A stretch of 64,000 nt of DNA from Acidimicrobiales bacterium (GTDB taxonomy: Bacteria > Actinomycetota > Acidimicrobiia > Acidimicrobiales > JBBSGY01): NCBI GenBank assembly GCA_044220495.1, contig JBGAQY010000004.1:11069-75068 (forward strand). Direction: 5' to 3'. The notes beneath the pieces were generated by a model, which had not been told where the DNA came from, made no database searches, and was given only the letters and a program-made list of their open reading frames with translations. The translations under genes were made by a program, and so were the position numbers. Below are positions 55,182 through 64,000 of this stretch, piece by piece. Numbering within the stretch: position 1 is the first letter of the stretch; each line of letters begins with the position of its first letter.

Positions 55182-55256
55182 GGCGGCGTAGCCGAGTGGT
55201 TCAGGCAGGGGCCTGCAAAGCCTTGTACACGGGTTCGAATCCCGTCGCCGCCTCCA
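55182..55256 (+). tRNA. tRNA-Cys (GCA)
   Basis: Acceptor ggcggcg/cgccgcc, anticodon stem ggggc/gccuu with loop cuGCAaa, T-arm acggg-uucgaau-cccgu, discriminator U and an encoded CCA. Confidence 0.95.
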
Positions 55257-55314
55257 TATTGTTTGGCTTGTACACGGGTTCCCGAGTTCCATGGCCGCCT
55301 CCATATTGTTTGGC
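55223..55314 (+). repeat. tandem duplication of the tRNA-Cys 3' half (att-like scar)
   Basis: R1 (55223-55267) is ttgtacacgggttcgaatcccgtcgccgcctccatattgtttggc. R2 (55268-55314) is ttgtacacgggttcccgagttccatggccgcctccatattgtttggc. The flanks are identical and the T-arm is diverged in R2. Confidence 0.85.
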
Positions 55315-55454
55315 CTTTACGTACTTCTCAGCGTTTGTCGCGAAAGGGACGTTAGGCCGGGGTGGCTTCGCCGCCCAACGGCTATTACGTTCCATTCGCA
55401 GTGAAGCCGTCACTGCTGAATTGTCCGTTGGTCTGATCCGAAGTCGCGTGGGTT

Positions 55455-57917
55455 TTGGTCGGGTTTGTGCCCTGGTCGTACCGTGCTTCGGTGCCTTCTC
55501 AAAACCCGGAACTCGATGCAATTCTGAACGGCGAATGCAGCGCTCGCGAAGGGGTCGCCGCTCTATTTGGCAGCGGATCAGTAAACCTCGTGTCTGCTGT
55601 CGACCAATTCTTGAGTTCGTCGCCGAGCGACCTCGACCACGCAACGTTGCGTGTTGTGGCTGCAGCAGCGCCGTACTTCCACCCAAATCAAGTTGCAGAG
55701 TTGATCAGGCGAATGCCGGTCACCGGCGTGCAAATGAAAGTGGCGCCAGTTCATATACCGGAGCTCTCGGCCGCCTTTGGTGAAATCATTGGGCGCTACA
55801 AACCTGACACTCGCTTCTCGCTTGTCAGTGATCTCATCCACACCCAAGTGGCCGAGACGATCGACTTGGTGCCAAGTGCCAGCATGACCGAACGAGGTCG
55901 CCTCGTGCTTGCTGAACTTCTTGCGTCTCGAGCAAAGCAGGGTGGCTGGACCGCCAAGCGCGACGTCGTGCGACACAAGTTTTCGACCCCGGCGATTTAT
56001 GCAGACGTTGTGGGGGAGTTTTGTCGCCGAGGCCCACGGATCGATGCCGATACTTACGCGCGGACCTTCAAAGACCTTGCCAGCAGTCGCCATGCTGACG
56101 ATCACGCGCGTACGCGATTGTTCGCGAGCGCACTAAAGGTCGCTAACACGCCGGAGCTGTTCTCCTTGCTCAACTCGATCACTCGTGGCGTGCCGACCGA
56201 GTTGCTCACCAAGGCCGTGCTGACAGCGCGCGCAAAAGGTTTCAAGTGTGACGGCGTGAACGACGAGCTTGCCTCCCGCGTCGACGCGCCATCACATGTT
56301 GTTCGCTACATAGCCACGGTTGGTCGCGTACCTGCGCTCATGAACATCTTGCGGCGCAACGACGTTTCGCAAGCAACAGTTCGCATTTCCTCCGAGCGCC
56401 TCGCCAACAAGGTTGGACTGACCGAGACCATGCGCAGGGCCTTGGTGCGCGAACGTCTTACGGCGATCGTGGAACCCGATGACAGTCGAATGCCCGAGTC
56501 GACAGCAGTGGCTCACATACCGCTGGCTTGGCGAGACTTTCTGATCAGAATTTCGAGCCCAACATTGCTCGCACAGTTTGCAACCCAGGAATCGTTGGGA
56601 CGCCCGTACGCGCTGACGCACATCAACACGCCTCAAGCCGTACAAGTAGAAGCAATTTCCCAGGGTGGGGAGAAGCTAGCCAACTGGGTGTGTTCTGCTA
56701 TCGACATAGACGCGACCCTGCTCGATAAGGCGATCGCAGCGGCGAGTCGCGAGGGTCTGGAGCGCGTGGCGAACCGAGTTGATGTAACCGATGCACAACT
56801 AAGTGTGGTGGCTAAAGCGTTGAGCCGCCGCAAAGAGCTCAACACTGAACGCAAGCGAGCCATTCTGTCGAACGCAAACGTGGGCCGCGATCTTGTTATG
56901 TCGCTCATCACGCCAGCGTTTGTGGCCCAAGCAGCTCGGCCTTCGAGTGTGTTGGCAGCTGAGTATTTTGAGCAGGTCCAAGCTGAGATGGCTGTGTCTC
57001 GCAACCGTGCTCACTATGCAGAAGAAGCGACACGACTGGTCGAAAACCTAAGTCTGAAATCGTACGGTGGTGCCTACGCAGTCACCGACGCTCAACGACT
57101 CTTTCGGTACTTCGACGAGGGCGATCGCGAGAGAGTTGGCGCTGCACTTCGTGGCAACCCTCGAGCTGTCGCCGAAGCGTTGGCGGCGGGAGATCACGAG
57201 GCAGCGTTGCGTAGTGCGCCTGAACGTTATGCATTTATTGCGGGCCTAGGTCTACTCGATAAGCGCGTTTGGCGCTTTGCCACGGCATCGCCTTTCCGTC
57301 GCTCGGCTGCCTGGCTTGCTTGTCAGCCAGATGCGCCTGCGAGCGAGTTTCAGCATCTTGCTGCTGAAGCAGTTGACACCACAATAGAGATGGGTCGCAA
57401 GTTAGCTGCGACCGTTCAGTACCCCAACGATGAAAGCAACATGCGATGGCAGCAATTGCCCAACAAGAGTGACCTTCCGTTCAAAGACACCGACGCGCGA
57501 CGCTTGACTCGCTCGATGACCGCTGGTGGGTTGACAGGGACGTTGATCAGCTCGCCGCGGCAACTAAGGGCACTTGCCTTGCGCATGGGCAACTGCCTTG
57601 CTGTCTACGAGAGTTCGCTCAGTTACGGACATTCAATTGCTGTCGCGTTTGAAGACCCGACCCAAAGCGACGTGCACGTTGCCATGTGGGATACGCGGCA
57701 TGTCCATGAGACTCAGCAACTCACACTCCGCCATCTTGAGTCGAAGTATGAGCAGCACACCTATCCACCTGAACTGAAGCGAGAATTGCGCAGATTGGTC
57801 ACAGAGATCAATCGCAACCTTCGCGACGGAGTTGTTGAGCCAGTCGTGACTGCTGACAAGATTTCGCTGCCCACCAGTGCGCGCAGCGGTCAAGTCAACT
57901 TGAGCCTTGGCGCATGA
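55455..57917 (+). CDS. large helical-repeat protein with PcfJ-like C-terminal region
   Basis: 820 aa and predominantly alpha-helical, rich in Ala/Leu/Arg. The C-terminal LISSPRQLRALALRMGNCLAVYESSLSYGHSIAVAF resembles the PcfJ motif (L..EG..M.HCV..Y), with Asn replacing His. Recognition is by eye only. Confidence 0.45.
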   Translation: MVGFVPWSYRASVPSQNPELDAILNGECSAREGVAALFGSGSVNLVSAVDQFLSSSPSDLDHATLRVVAAAAPYFHPNQVAELIRRMPVTGVQMKVAPVHIPELSAAFGEIIGRYKPDTRFSLVSDLIHTQVAETIDLVPSASMTERGRLVLAELLASRAKQGGWTAKRDVVRHKFSTPAIYADVVGEFCRRGPRIDADTYARTFKDLASSRHADDHARTRLFASALKVANTPELFSLLNSITRGVPTELLTKAVLTARAKGFKCDGVNDELASRVDAPSHVVRYIATVGRVPALMNILRRNDVSQATVRISSERLANKVGLTETMRRALVRERLTAIVEPDDSRMPESTAVAHIPLAWRDFLIRISSPTLLAQFATQESLGRPYALTHINTPQAVQVEAISQGGEKLANWVCSAIDIDATLLDKAIAAASREGLERVANRVDVTDAQLSVVAKALSRRKELNTERKRAILSNANVGRDLVMSLITPAFVAQAARPSSVLAAEYFEQVQAEMAVSRNRAHYAEEATRLVENLSLKSYGGAYAVTDAQRLFRYFDEGDRERVGAALRGNPRAVAEALAAGDHEAALRSAPERYAFIAGLGLLDKRVWRFATASPFRRSAAWLACQPDAPASEFQHLAAEAVDTTIEMGRKLAATVQYPNDESNMRWQQLPNKSDLPFKDTDARRLTRSMTAGGLTGTLISSPRQLRALALRMGNCLAVYESSLSYGHSIAVAFEDPTQSDVHVAMWDTRHVHETQQLTLRHLESKYEQHTYPPELKRELRRLVTEINRNLRDGVVEPVVTADKISLPTSARSGQVNLSLGA

Positions 57918-58918
57918 CACCAAAATCTGCGACCTCACGCTTTCGAGACACCGAGGCACTGCGTTCGTATTACCGCGATGGCGGCGACGAGTCGCTTCCC
58001 GAACGCCAGCGTTCGTACCTGCGCAAGCTCGCCGAAATGGACGTGACCTTGTCGGCTAATGGCGATTGGACACTTATCCAACATGGTCGCGGTAACTGGC
58101 AGGTCGTGCCCGCCGGCACCGCACTGATGCTACGGGCCGACCAGGTCGACGTTGGTTCAGTGGGTTCTAAGACTGCTGCTGTCAAGTTGGCAGCCTGGCT
58201 TAGCGACAACGTGCGGGTGGTCGATGGCACTGCTGTCGATTGGTCGAGTCCCTCGGTGTATCACGTCGTTGAGTCGCTGAGGGCGTTTGGCAATGAGCAA
58301 GAACTGGCGCTCATTGCTGCGCGCGCGAGATTTGACGAGCTCACGAACGAGAAGTTCAGTCACGCCGGTGATGTGTTCAAGCGCATCGGCAGACTGTCGT
58401 CACGCGAAGACCTTCCTGAAGGACAGAAGTATGCCGACGAACTGCGATCGGGCGACGCTTTGGTCACTCGTGGCAACAAGCTTGTACGCATTGCGCAAGT
58501 CGAAGAGCGCGCGGGGTATTACTTCGTGACAACGGGCGCTGGCGAGCGAACTCAGTTCAGTCGCAATGCGCCAGTTCCTGCAGTGAACGCCGCTGACTTA
58601 GTCGTTTGCGATAACGACGGGCAACGTATTGGCGAATGGGTGTCTGATAACGAACTCAAAGCAGGCGACGAGATCACGTTTGTGATTAGCGGAGAGCGTA
58701 TTGATCCGATGAATCGCTATGGCTGGCGCAAGTATGCGCGTATCGATGTGCTCGATGTGTGGTTGCCAGAACGTGTCGTCAGGCTCGACTCTCTTGAACG
58801 ACCAACAGCGAAACTCAAAGTAACGACAGAACGAGAAGTTCAGTCTGCGGTAACACCTGCGCAACGGCCTTCAGCGGCTCGAGAATCAGTTGGCGAGATT
58901 CAGCGCACGCTGTTCTAA
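57914..58918 (+). CDS. hypothetical protein, translationally coupled to the 820-aa gene
   Basis: 334-aa ORF whose ATG overlaps the upstream stop (ATGA). No motif recognised. Confidence 0.55.
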   Translation: MTPKSATSRFRDTEALRSYYRDGGDESLPERQRSYLRKLAEMDVTLSANGDWTLIQHGRGNWQVVPAGTALMLRADQVDVGSVGSKTAAVKLAAWLSDNVRVVDGTAVDWSSPSVYHVVESLRAFGNEQELALIAARARFDELTNEKFSHAGDVFKRIGRLSSREDLPEGQKYADELRSGDALVTRGNKLVRIAQVEERAGYYFVTTGAGERTQFSRNAPVPAVNAADLVVCDNDGQRIGEWVSDNELKAGDEITFVISGERIDPMNRYGWRKYARIDVLDVWLPERVVRLDSLERPTAKLKVTTEREVQSAVTPAQRPSAARESVGEIQRTLF

Positions 58919-58924
58919 CAAGAG

Positions 58925-59854
58925 CTAAGCGACGTCGGCGTCGGGCTTGGGATTGTCGGCGGGCACCCGCGGTGACGACAGTCCGGCCTTCAATCCTGAC
59001 GCAACGGTGGTGCGCGTTTCGCGGTCGTTGAGGCCAATGGCGATGCCGGTATCGATAAGTGCCATCTCGACTGCGTCGTAGTCAAGTGACCCGCCGCCGA
59101 CAATTTGCCCAAGTTTGAATGCGCAACGGTTGAGCGTGAAGTTGCGGGCACCGACAGGCGCTCGATGCAACTCGTCGAGTTCGTCTTCGAGAGCACTCAA
59201 CGCCCAGCGATTGCTCGCACGCACCGGACGACGAGGAACGATTGACGGGCGCGGCTGCTCTTGTTCTTTGAGCAGTTCGAGTAACCAACTGGGCAAGTCA
59301 GCAAGTGGCTCATCTGAAGTGATGTGGTAGCGGCGTCCGCTGGCATGCAGGCTTGGGGGCGCAATTACGTAACCACCGTCGCCGCGAATGTCGAGCCCGG
59401 GGCCAAGTCGACGTCCGGCGTCGTTGGGAATGCGCACGTTTGGGTGCGCGAAATAGAAGTGCAGTCCGTCTGAGCCCGTTGCAACCGTAAACGTATGAGG
59501 CAGCGCACCGTATTGCTCACGCAACTTCTGCAAAGAGTCGAGTCCACCGTGTGCCGGATCGACATCAACGACAACGAACCCACTCTCGGCTCCGCTTCTA
59601 ATACCGACATTCGCGTGCGGCCAACGCTTCCACCATCGTTTGATCTGCTCGCGATCGGTAACCGCTGACTTGAGACCATGTGCGACGATCGGGTGCTTCG
59701 ATGGCGAGGCGCAATCCGAAAATCCGCACGAACAATTGCTGGCGCCCTCTTTCACGACGTGACACGGAAAGACAGCCCAGCCGCGTGCGCCATAAGTAAG
59801 TGCTGCCTGCAGGGGGGTTTTAAAGTGCGGGGCCCTGGTTTGGCGGTCAGACAT
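58925..59854 (-). CDS. bifunctional DNA primase/polymerase (Prim-Pol, AEP superfamily)
   Basis: 309 aa, with GWAVFPC, KHPIVAHGLKSAT-like, the catalytic VVVDVDPAHGG motif and GLHFYFAHP. The C-terminal helical region is typical of plasmid/ICE Prim-Pol proteins. Confidence 0.8.
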   Translation of the reverse strand: MSDRQTRAPHFKTPLQAALTYGARGWAVFPCHVVKEGASNCSCGFSDCASPSKHPIVAHGLKSAVTDREQIKRWWKRWPHANVGIRSGAESGFVVVDVDPAHGGLDSLQKLREQYGALPHTFTVATGSDGLHFYFAHPNVRIPNDAGRRLGPGLDIRGDGGYVIAPPSLHASGRRYHITSDEPLADLPSWLLELLKEQEQPRPSIVPRRPVRASNRWALSALEDELDELHRAPVGARNFTLNRCAFKLGQIVGGGSLDYDAVEMALIDTGIAIGLNDRETRTTVASGLKAGLSSPRVPADNPKPDADVA

Positions 59855-59978
59855 AACGAGGATCGATTGTCGCTGGCAGGCTCGACATAACCCAATTTCG
59901 TCACACCTCGACGTAGCCGACGCCGGAATATCTCGATGTCACCGCCTGCGGTCACGTTGGTTGGCTACGTTGTGAGGA

Positions 59979-62111
59979 ATGAAAGTTTGGCCTGGTCAGG
60001 CGCTTCCGCTCGGCGCTCATTTTGATGGTGTCGGCACCAATTTCTCGTTGTTCTCAGAAGTTGCTGACCGTGTTGAGCTCTGCCTGTTCGACGACGCAGG
60101 CAATGAGACGCGAATTGACTTGCCTGAGGTCACGGCCTTTCAGTGGCATGGGTACGTGCCCAACGTTGGTGTTGGTCAGCGCTACGGATTCCGTGTGCAT
60201 GGTCCGAGCGACACCTCGCAAGGTTTGCGTTGCAATCCAAACAAGCTGTTGCTCGATCCGTATGCAAAAGCGGTTGACGGCGAAGTGTCGTGGGACCCCG
60301 CCCTGTTTAGCTACGACTTCGGTGCGCCCGACGGCGCTCTCAACACAGACGATGACGCTGCGTTGATGCCGAAGTCGGTCGTTGCGAGCCCGTGGTTCGA
60401 CTGGGACATGGATCGTCTGCCGCGCACGCCGTGGGCAAGCACCGTTCTCTACGAGGTGCACGTGAAGGGTTTCACGCAACTGCACCCGGGCATTCCAGAA
60501 GAGCTGCGTGGAACTTATGCGGGGCTTGGTTCGCCTGAAGCGATCGAACACTTCAAGTCGCTTGGTGTTACGGCAATTGAGCTGTTGCCTGTGCATCAGT
60601 TCATTCATGACGAGACCTTGTTTCGCCGTGGGTTGCGCAACTATTGGGGTTACAACTCGATCTGTTACTTAGCGCCGCACAATGCGTACAGCTCGGCAGG
60701 GCAACGCGGACAGCAAGTACAAGAGTTCAAGCAAATGGTGAAAGAACTTCATCGGGCGGGCATCGAAGTGATTCTCGACGTGGTTTACAACCACACGGCC
60801 GAGGGCAATCATCTCGGCCCGACGTTGTCTTACAAGGGCATTGACAATCCGTCGTATTACCGCTTGATGCCCGATCACCCGCAGTACTACATGGATTACA
60901 CGGGCACTGGCAACAGCCTCAACATGCGTAGCCCGCACGTGTTGCAGATGATCATGGATTCACTGCGTTACTGGGTTACAGAAATGCACGTCGACGGTTT
61001 CAGGTTCGACTTGGCAGCAACGCTTGCCCGCGAACTTCACGATGTCGATCGGCTGTCAGCCTTCTTTGACCTGATTCAGCAAGACCCCGTGGTGAATCAA
61101 GTGAAGCTGATCGCCGAGCCTTGGGATGTTGGCGAAGGTGGTTATCAAGTCGGCAACTTCCCGCCGCTGTGGTCTGAGTGGAACGGTAAGTATCGCGATT
61201 GCGTACGCGACTTCTGGCGTGGTGAAGATCAGACACTGGCCGAGTTTGCGTATCGCTTCACGGGCTCGTCAGACCTTTACGAAAGCACGGGGCGTCGTCC
61301 ATCGGCGTCGATCAACTTCATCACCGCTCACGACGGCTTCACGCTTGCTGACCTTGTGTCGTACGACCAAAAGCACAACGACGCGAATGGTGAACAGAAC
61401 AAAGATGGCGAGTCGCACAACCGTTCGTGGAATGGTGGCGCTGAGGGGCCGACCGACGATCCCGAAATCAACGCCACGCGGCAACGTCAACAGCGCAATT
61501 TCTTGGCGACTCTGTTTTTGAGCCAGGGCATTCCGATGATCTTGGGTGGCGACGAGTTCTCGCGCACGCAACGCGGTAACAACAACGCGTACTGCCAAGA
61601 CAACGAAATCTCGTGGTTCGACTGGACGTTGGTGGCCGACAACGAAGCACTCACGCAATTCGTTGCGTCGCTGGCGCGTCTGCGCGCGAAGCATCCAGTA
61701 CTTCGGCGTCGCAACTTCTTTCAAGGCCAACCGGTGTTTGGTGAAAGCGTTAGCGACATCGCTTGGATGAAGCCCGACGGTTCATTGATGAAAGACGAAG
61801 ACTGGACCAAAGGCTTCGCCAAATCCATCACCATCTTCCTGAACGGCGATCAGATAGAAGGTCTCGATGAGCGCGGCGATCGCGTGCTCGACGACAGCTT
61901 TCTCGTGATGTTCAACGCCCACTACGGATCACTGAGCTTTTCAATTCCCGACGACCGTTTCGGCATGCAGTGGGAAGTGATGTTTGATACGGCAGTCGGC
62001 GTATTTGAACGGCGCCAGGGCAGTGGCACCACGCTCAAGCCCGGTGACCAGATCGAGCTTGAAGACCGATCATTGGTGCTTTTGCGGCGGGTTGAACGCT
62101 CCAGCGACTAG
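59979..62111 (+). CDS. glgX: glycogen debranching enzyme
   Basis: 710 aa of the GH13 family, with VYEVHVKGFT, DVVYNHT, GFRFDLA, AEPWD and FITAHDGFTL motifs. Confidence 0.9.
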   Translation: MKVWPGQALPLGAHFDGVGTNFSLFSEVADRVELCLFDDAGNETRIDLPEVTAFQWHGYVPNVGVGQRYGFRVHGPSDTSQGLRCNPNKLLLDPYAKAVDGEVSWDPALFSYDFGAPDGALNTDDDAALMPKSVVASPWFDWDMDRLPRTPWASTVLYEVHVKGFTQLHPGIPEELRGTYAGLGSPEAIEHFKSLGVTAIELLPVHQFIHDETLFRRGLRNYWGYNSICYLAPHNAYSSAGQRGQQVQEFKQMVKELHRAGIEVILDVVYNHTAEGNHLGPTLSYKGIDNPSYYRLMPDHPQYYMDYTGTGNSLNMRSPHVLQMIMDSLRYWVTEMHVDGFRFDLAATLARELHDVDRLSAFFDLIQQDPVVNQVKLIAEPWDVGEGGYQVGNFPPLWSEWNGKYRDCVRDFWRGEDQTLAEFAYRFTGSSDLYESTGRRPSASINFITAHDGFTLADLVSYDQKHNDANGEQNKDGESHNRSWNGGAEGPTDDPEINATRQRQQRNFLATLFLSQGIPMILGGDEFSRTQRGNNNAYCQDNEISWFDWTLVADNEALTQFVASLARLRAKHPVLRRRNFFQGQPVFGESVSDIAWMKPDGSLMKDEDWTKGFAKSITIFLNGDQIEGLDERGDRVLDDSFLVMFNAHYGSLSFSIPDDRFGMQWEVMFDTAVGVFERRQGSGTTLKPGDQIELEDRSLVLLRRVERSSD

Positions 62112-62132
62112 ACCACGCAGAGGGGGATTGCG

Positions 62133-64000
62133 ATGACGTTTGAAGACTTCACCTCAGTGCCGCTTGTCGCGACTTATCGGGTTCAGTTTCGTGCGGAGTT
62201 TGGTTTCGCGTCGGCGGTAGAAATTGTTGACTATTTAGCCCAGCTCGGCGTCAGTCACCTGTATGCATCGCCATATTTGCAAGCGACGCCGGGCAGTACT
62301 CACGGATACGACATCGTTGATCACGGTCATGCAAACGATGAGCTTGGTGGTGAAGTCGGGCGCAAAGCAATGGTCGACGCATTGCGTGCGAATGATCTCG
62401 GTCAAGTGCTCGACATTGTGCCGAACCACATGGCGATTGGCGGACGCAACAACAAGTGGTGGTGGTCGATTTTGGCGAGTGGGCGCGAGAGCCCTTACTG
62501 CGACTACTTCGACATCGATTGGCGAGCCCCCGAAGAGCTTGGCCGTGATGTCGTGCTTATGCCTGTACTCGGCGACCACTATGGAAAAGAGCTTGACCGT
62601 CGGCGGCTTCAGCTCGGCAAGCATGACGACGAGGTTGTTGTTCGCTATTTCGAGAGTGAGTTTCCGATCAGCACACGCTCACTCCAAGAGATGAGTGTCG
62701 ACGTGTCTGAGGGTGGGCTTGCCGCGCTGAACGATGATCCGACCGCGCTCGACGCTTTGTTGGAGCGCCAGCACTACCGGCTTTGTTACTGGCGGGTGGC
62801 TGACTCAGAACTCGACTACCGCCGCTTCTTTGACATCAACAGTCTGGTCGGTTTGCGAGCTGAGCGCGACGACGTTTTCGAAGACACTCACCGGCGTATT
62901 CTCGATTGGATTGACGAGGGGAGTGTCAGCGGACTTCGTATTGATCATGTTGACGGTCTCGCTGATCCGCTTGGATATTTGCGTCGACTGCGCAGCCGCG
63001 TCGGCGAGCGGCAGGCCTTGTTCGTCGAGAAGATTCTTGAGTCAGGCGAACGTCTGCCAGCCTCTTGGCCTGTAAGTGGCACGACGGGCTATGACGCGTT
63101 GAATCTCATTGATGGTTTGTTTATCGAGCCCACGGCGGCCAGTGGGCTCGCCGACTTCTATCGGACGTTTACCGGCAACGAGTTGTCGTGGCGTCAACAC
63201 GTGCGCGATGGCAAGCGGTATGTGATCGAGCGCTTGCTTCGTAGCGACGTGGCGCGCGTGACCGACGTGCTGATGCGCTTTTCTAGGTCGCGCCGCCAAT
63301 ATCGCGATTACACGCGCGACCAGCTTCACGTTGCGCTTTGCGCGTTGCTGGTCGAGCTGCCTGTGTATCGCACTTACACCGCGCCGTCAGGCAATCAAGT
63401 CACCCGCATCGATCGCGAGATCGTGCGCCGCGCTGTCGAGCAAGCAAAACACGACAGCACAGTCGAACCCGATCTACTTGACCTGCTCGATGATTTGCTG
63501 GCGCTGGCATTTGACGACGCAGTTGCGACTGAGTTCGTTGTGCGCTTTCAGCAACTATCGGGCCCAGTGATGGCGAAAGGTGTTGAAGACACGGCGTATT
63601 ACCGCTATCTGAGTTTCGTCGCCCTCAACGAGGTGGGCGGAGATCCGGGCGAGTTTGCCGTACGCCCCGACGACTTTCATGAGGCCTGCGCAGAGCGTCA
63701 ACGTTCGTCACCGTCGGCAATGAATGCATCAACAACTCACGATACAAAGCGCAGCGAAGACGTTCGCTGGCGCCTTGCAGTACTCACCGAGATGGCTGAC
63801 AAATGGACGACAGCGGTTGCGCGCTGGTCAGCAATGAATGAGCGCCATCGCCGCCTTCGTGATCCCGCTGATTCAGCTAGCGAGCGGTTTCCTGATCGCA
63901 ACATGGAGTATCTGCTGTATCAAACGCTCGTGGGCGCATACCCAGTATCGGTTGAGCGTTTGACTGAATACGCGATCAAGGCGGCGCGTGAAGCGAAACA
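62133..64000 (+). CDS. treY: malto-oligosyltrehalose synthase (partial; continues past right edge)
   Basis: The frame is open from ATG 62133 to the window end. Contains ATYRVQFRAEFGFASAVEIVDYLAQLGVSHLYASPYLQATPGSTHGYDIVDH and later GLRIDHVDGLADP. It is absent from the track because there is no stop in the window. Confidence 0.85.
   Translation, partial: MTFEDFTSVPLVATYRVQFRAEFGFASAVEIVDYLAQLGVSHLYASPYLQATPGSTHGYDIVDHGHANDELGGEVGRKAMVDALRANDLGQVLDIVPNHMAIGGRNNKWWWSILASGRESPYCDYFDIDWRAPEELGRDVVLMPVLGDHYGKELDRRRLQLGKHDDEVVVRYFESEFPISTRSLQEMSVDVSEGGLAALNDDPTALDALLERQHYRLCYWRVADSELDYRRFFDINSLVGLRAERDDVFEDTHRRILDWIDEGSVSGLRIDHVDGLADPLGYLRRLRSRVGERQALFVEKILESGERLPASWPVSGTTGYDALNLIDGLFIEPTAASGLADFYRTFTGNELSWRQHVRDGKRYVIERLLRSDVARVTDVLMRFSRSRRQYRDYTRDQLHVALCALLVELPVYRTYTAPSGNQVTRIDREIVRRAVEQAKHDSTVEPDLLDLLDDLLALAFDDAVATEFVVRFQQLSGPVMAKGVEDTAYYRYLSFVALNEVGGDPGEFAVRPDDFHEACAERQRSSPSAMNASTTHDTKRSEDVRWRLAVLTEMADKWTTAVARWSAMNERHRRLRDPADSASERFPDRNMEYLLYQTLVGAYPVSVERLTEYAIKAAREAK

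Larger units (their letters stand above)
51883..59854. mobile_element. decayed integrative/conjugative-element-like gene set flanking tRNA-Cys (no integrase or transfer ATPase seen)
   Basis: ArdC-like (52152..53189), PcfJ-like (55455..57917) and Prim-Pol (58925..59854) genes surround a tRNA-Cys that carries a duplicated 3' half. The boundaries are not defined by clear direct repeats. Confidence 0.4.

Noticed and set aside
55115-55783. 222-aa plus-strand ORF
   Set aside because: It reads straight through tRNA-Cys and its duplicated 3' half. It is not protein-like.
59938-59972. Possible attR: gtcaccgcctgcggtcacgttggttggc versus the tRNA-Cys end gtcgccgcctccatattgtttggc
   Set aside because: There is only patchy identity with indels. 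It cannot be distinguished from chance in GC-rich DNA without a proper alignment and score.
1-64000. Scan for CRISPR arrays, rRNA genes, IS elements, integrases and toxin-antitoxin pairs
   Set aside because: None were recognised by eye. The only short-period repeats seen are the protein-coding 126-bp repeats at 53.6-54.2 kb and the RCC1 repeats.

Overview
This window looks like a chromosomal segment from a high-GC Actinomycetota genome, roughly 58-60% GC by eye. The lineage call rests on a WhiB-family regulator, a PimB'-like GT4, an RskA-like protein, an LLM/F420-type oxidoreductase, the argCJBDFR gene order and frequent GTG/TTG starts with ATGA/GTGA coupling. I count about 60 protein genes, 2 tRNAs (Gly-GCC, Cys-GCA) and a type-A RNase P RNA. 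No rRNA, CRISPR array, IS element or integrase was seen. The housekeeping genes are argS, trkHA, maf, sbcCD, argCJBDFR with tandem ARG boxes, ku, trpD, a ROK glucokinase, dps, orn, dut, an fpg/nei glycosylase, a WS/DGAT, xfp-ack, glgX and treY, plus two ABC exporters. Seven things deserve a second look. (1) An eRF1/Pelota-like gene with a Zn-ribbon insert sits behind an SMC/Rad50-like coiled-coil gene whose Walker motifs are degenerate (35.4-38.5 kb). (2) A Mom-like GNAT-fold candidate DNA-modification gene overlaps a small unknown ORF, with no phage context (9.9-11.9 kb). (3) tRNA-Cys carries a tandem, diverged duplication of its 3' half and is flanked on both sides by conjugative-element-type genes (ArdC-like, PcfJ-like, Prim-Pol) and two overlapping unknown ORFs (51.9-59.9 kb). 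(4) A 74-76 nt palindromic intergenic repeat family occurs three times. (5) ku is translationally coupled to a membrane diguanylate cyclase. (6) A ~500 bp low-GC region without convincing coding signal ends in a strong terminator upstream of dps. (7) Two secreted repeat proteins are present, one RCC1-type and one with a 42-aa repeat fused to GH16. All functional calls come from motif recognition by eye; no database search was run.
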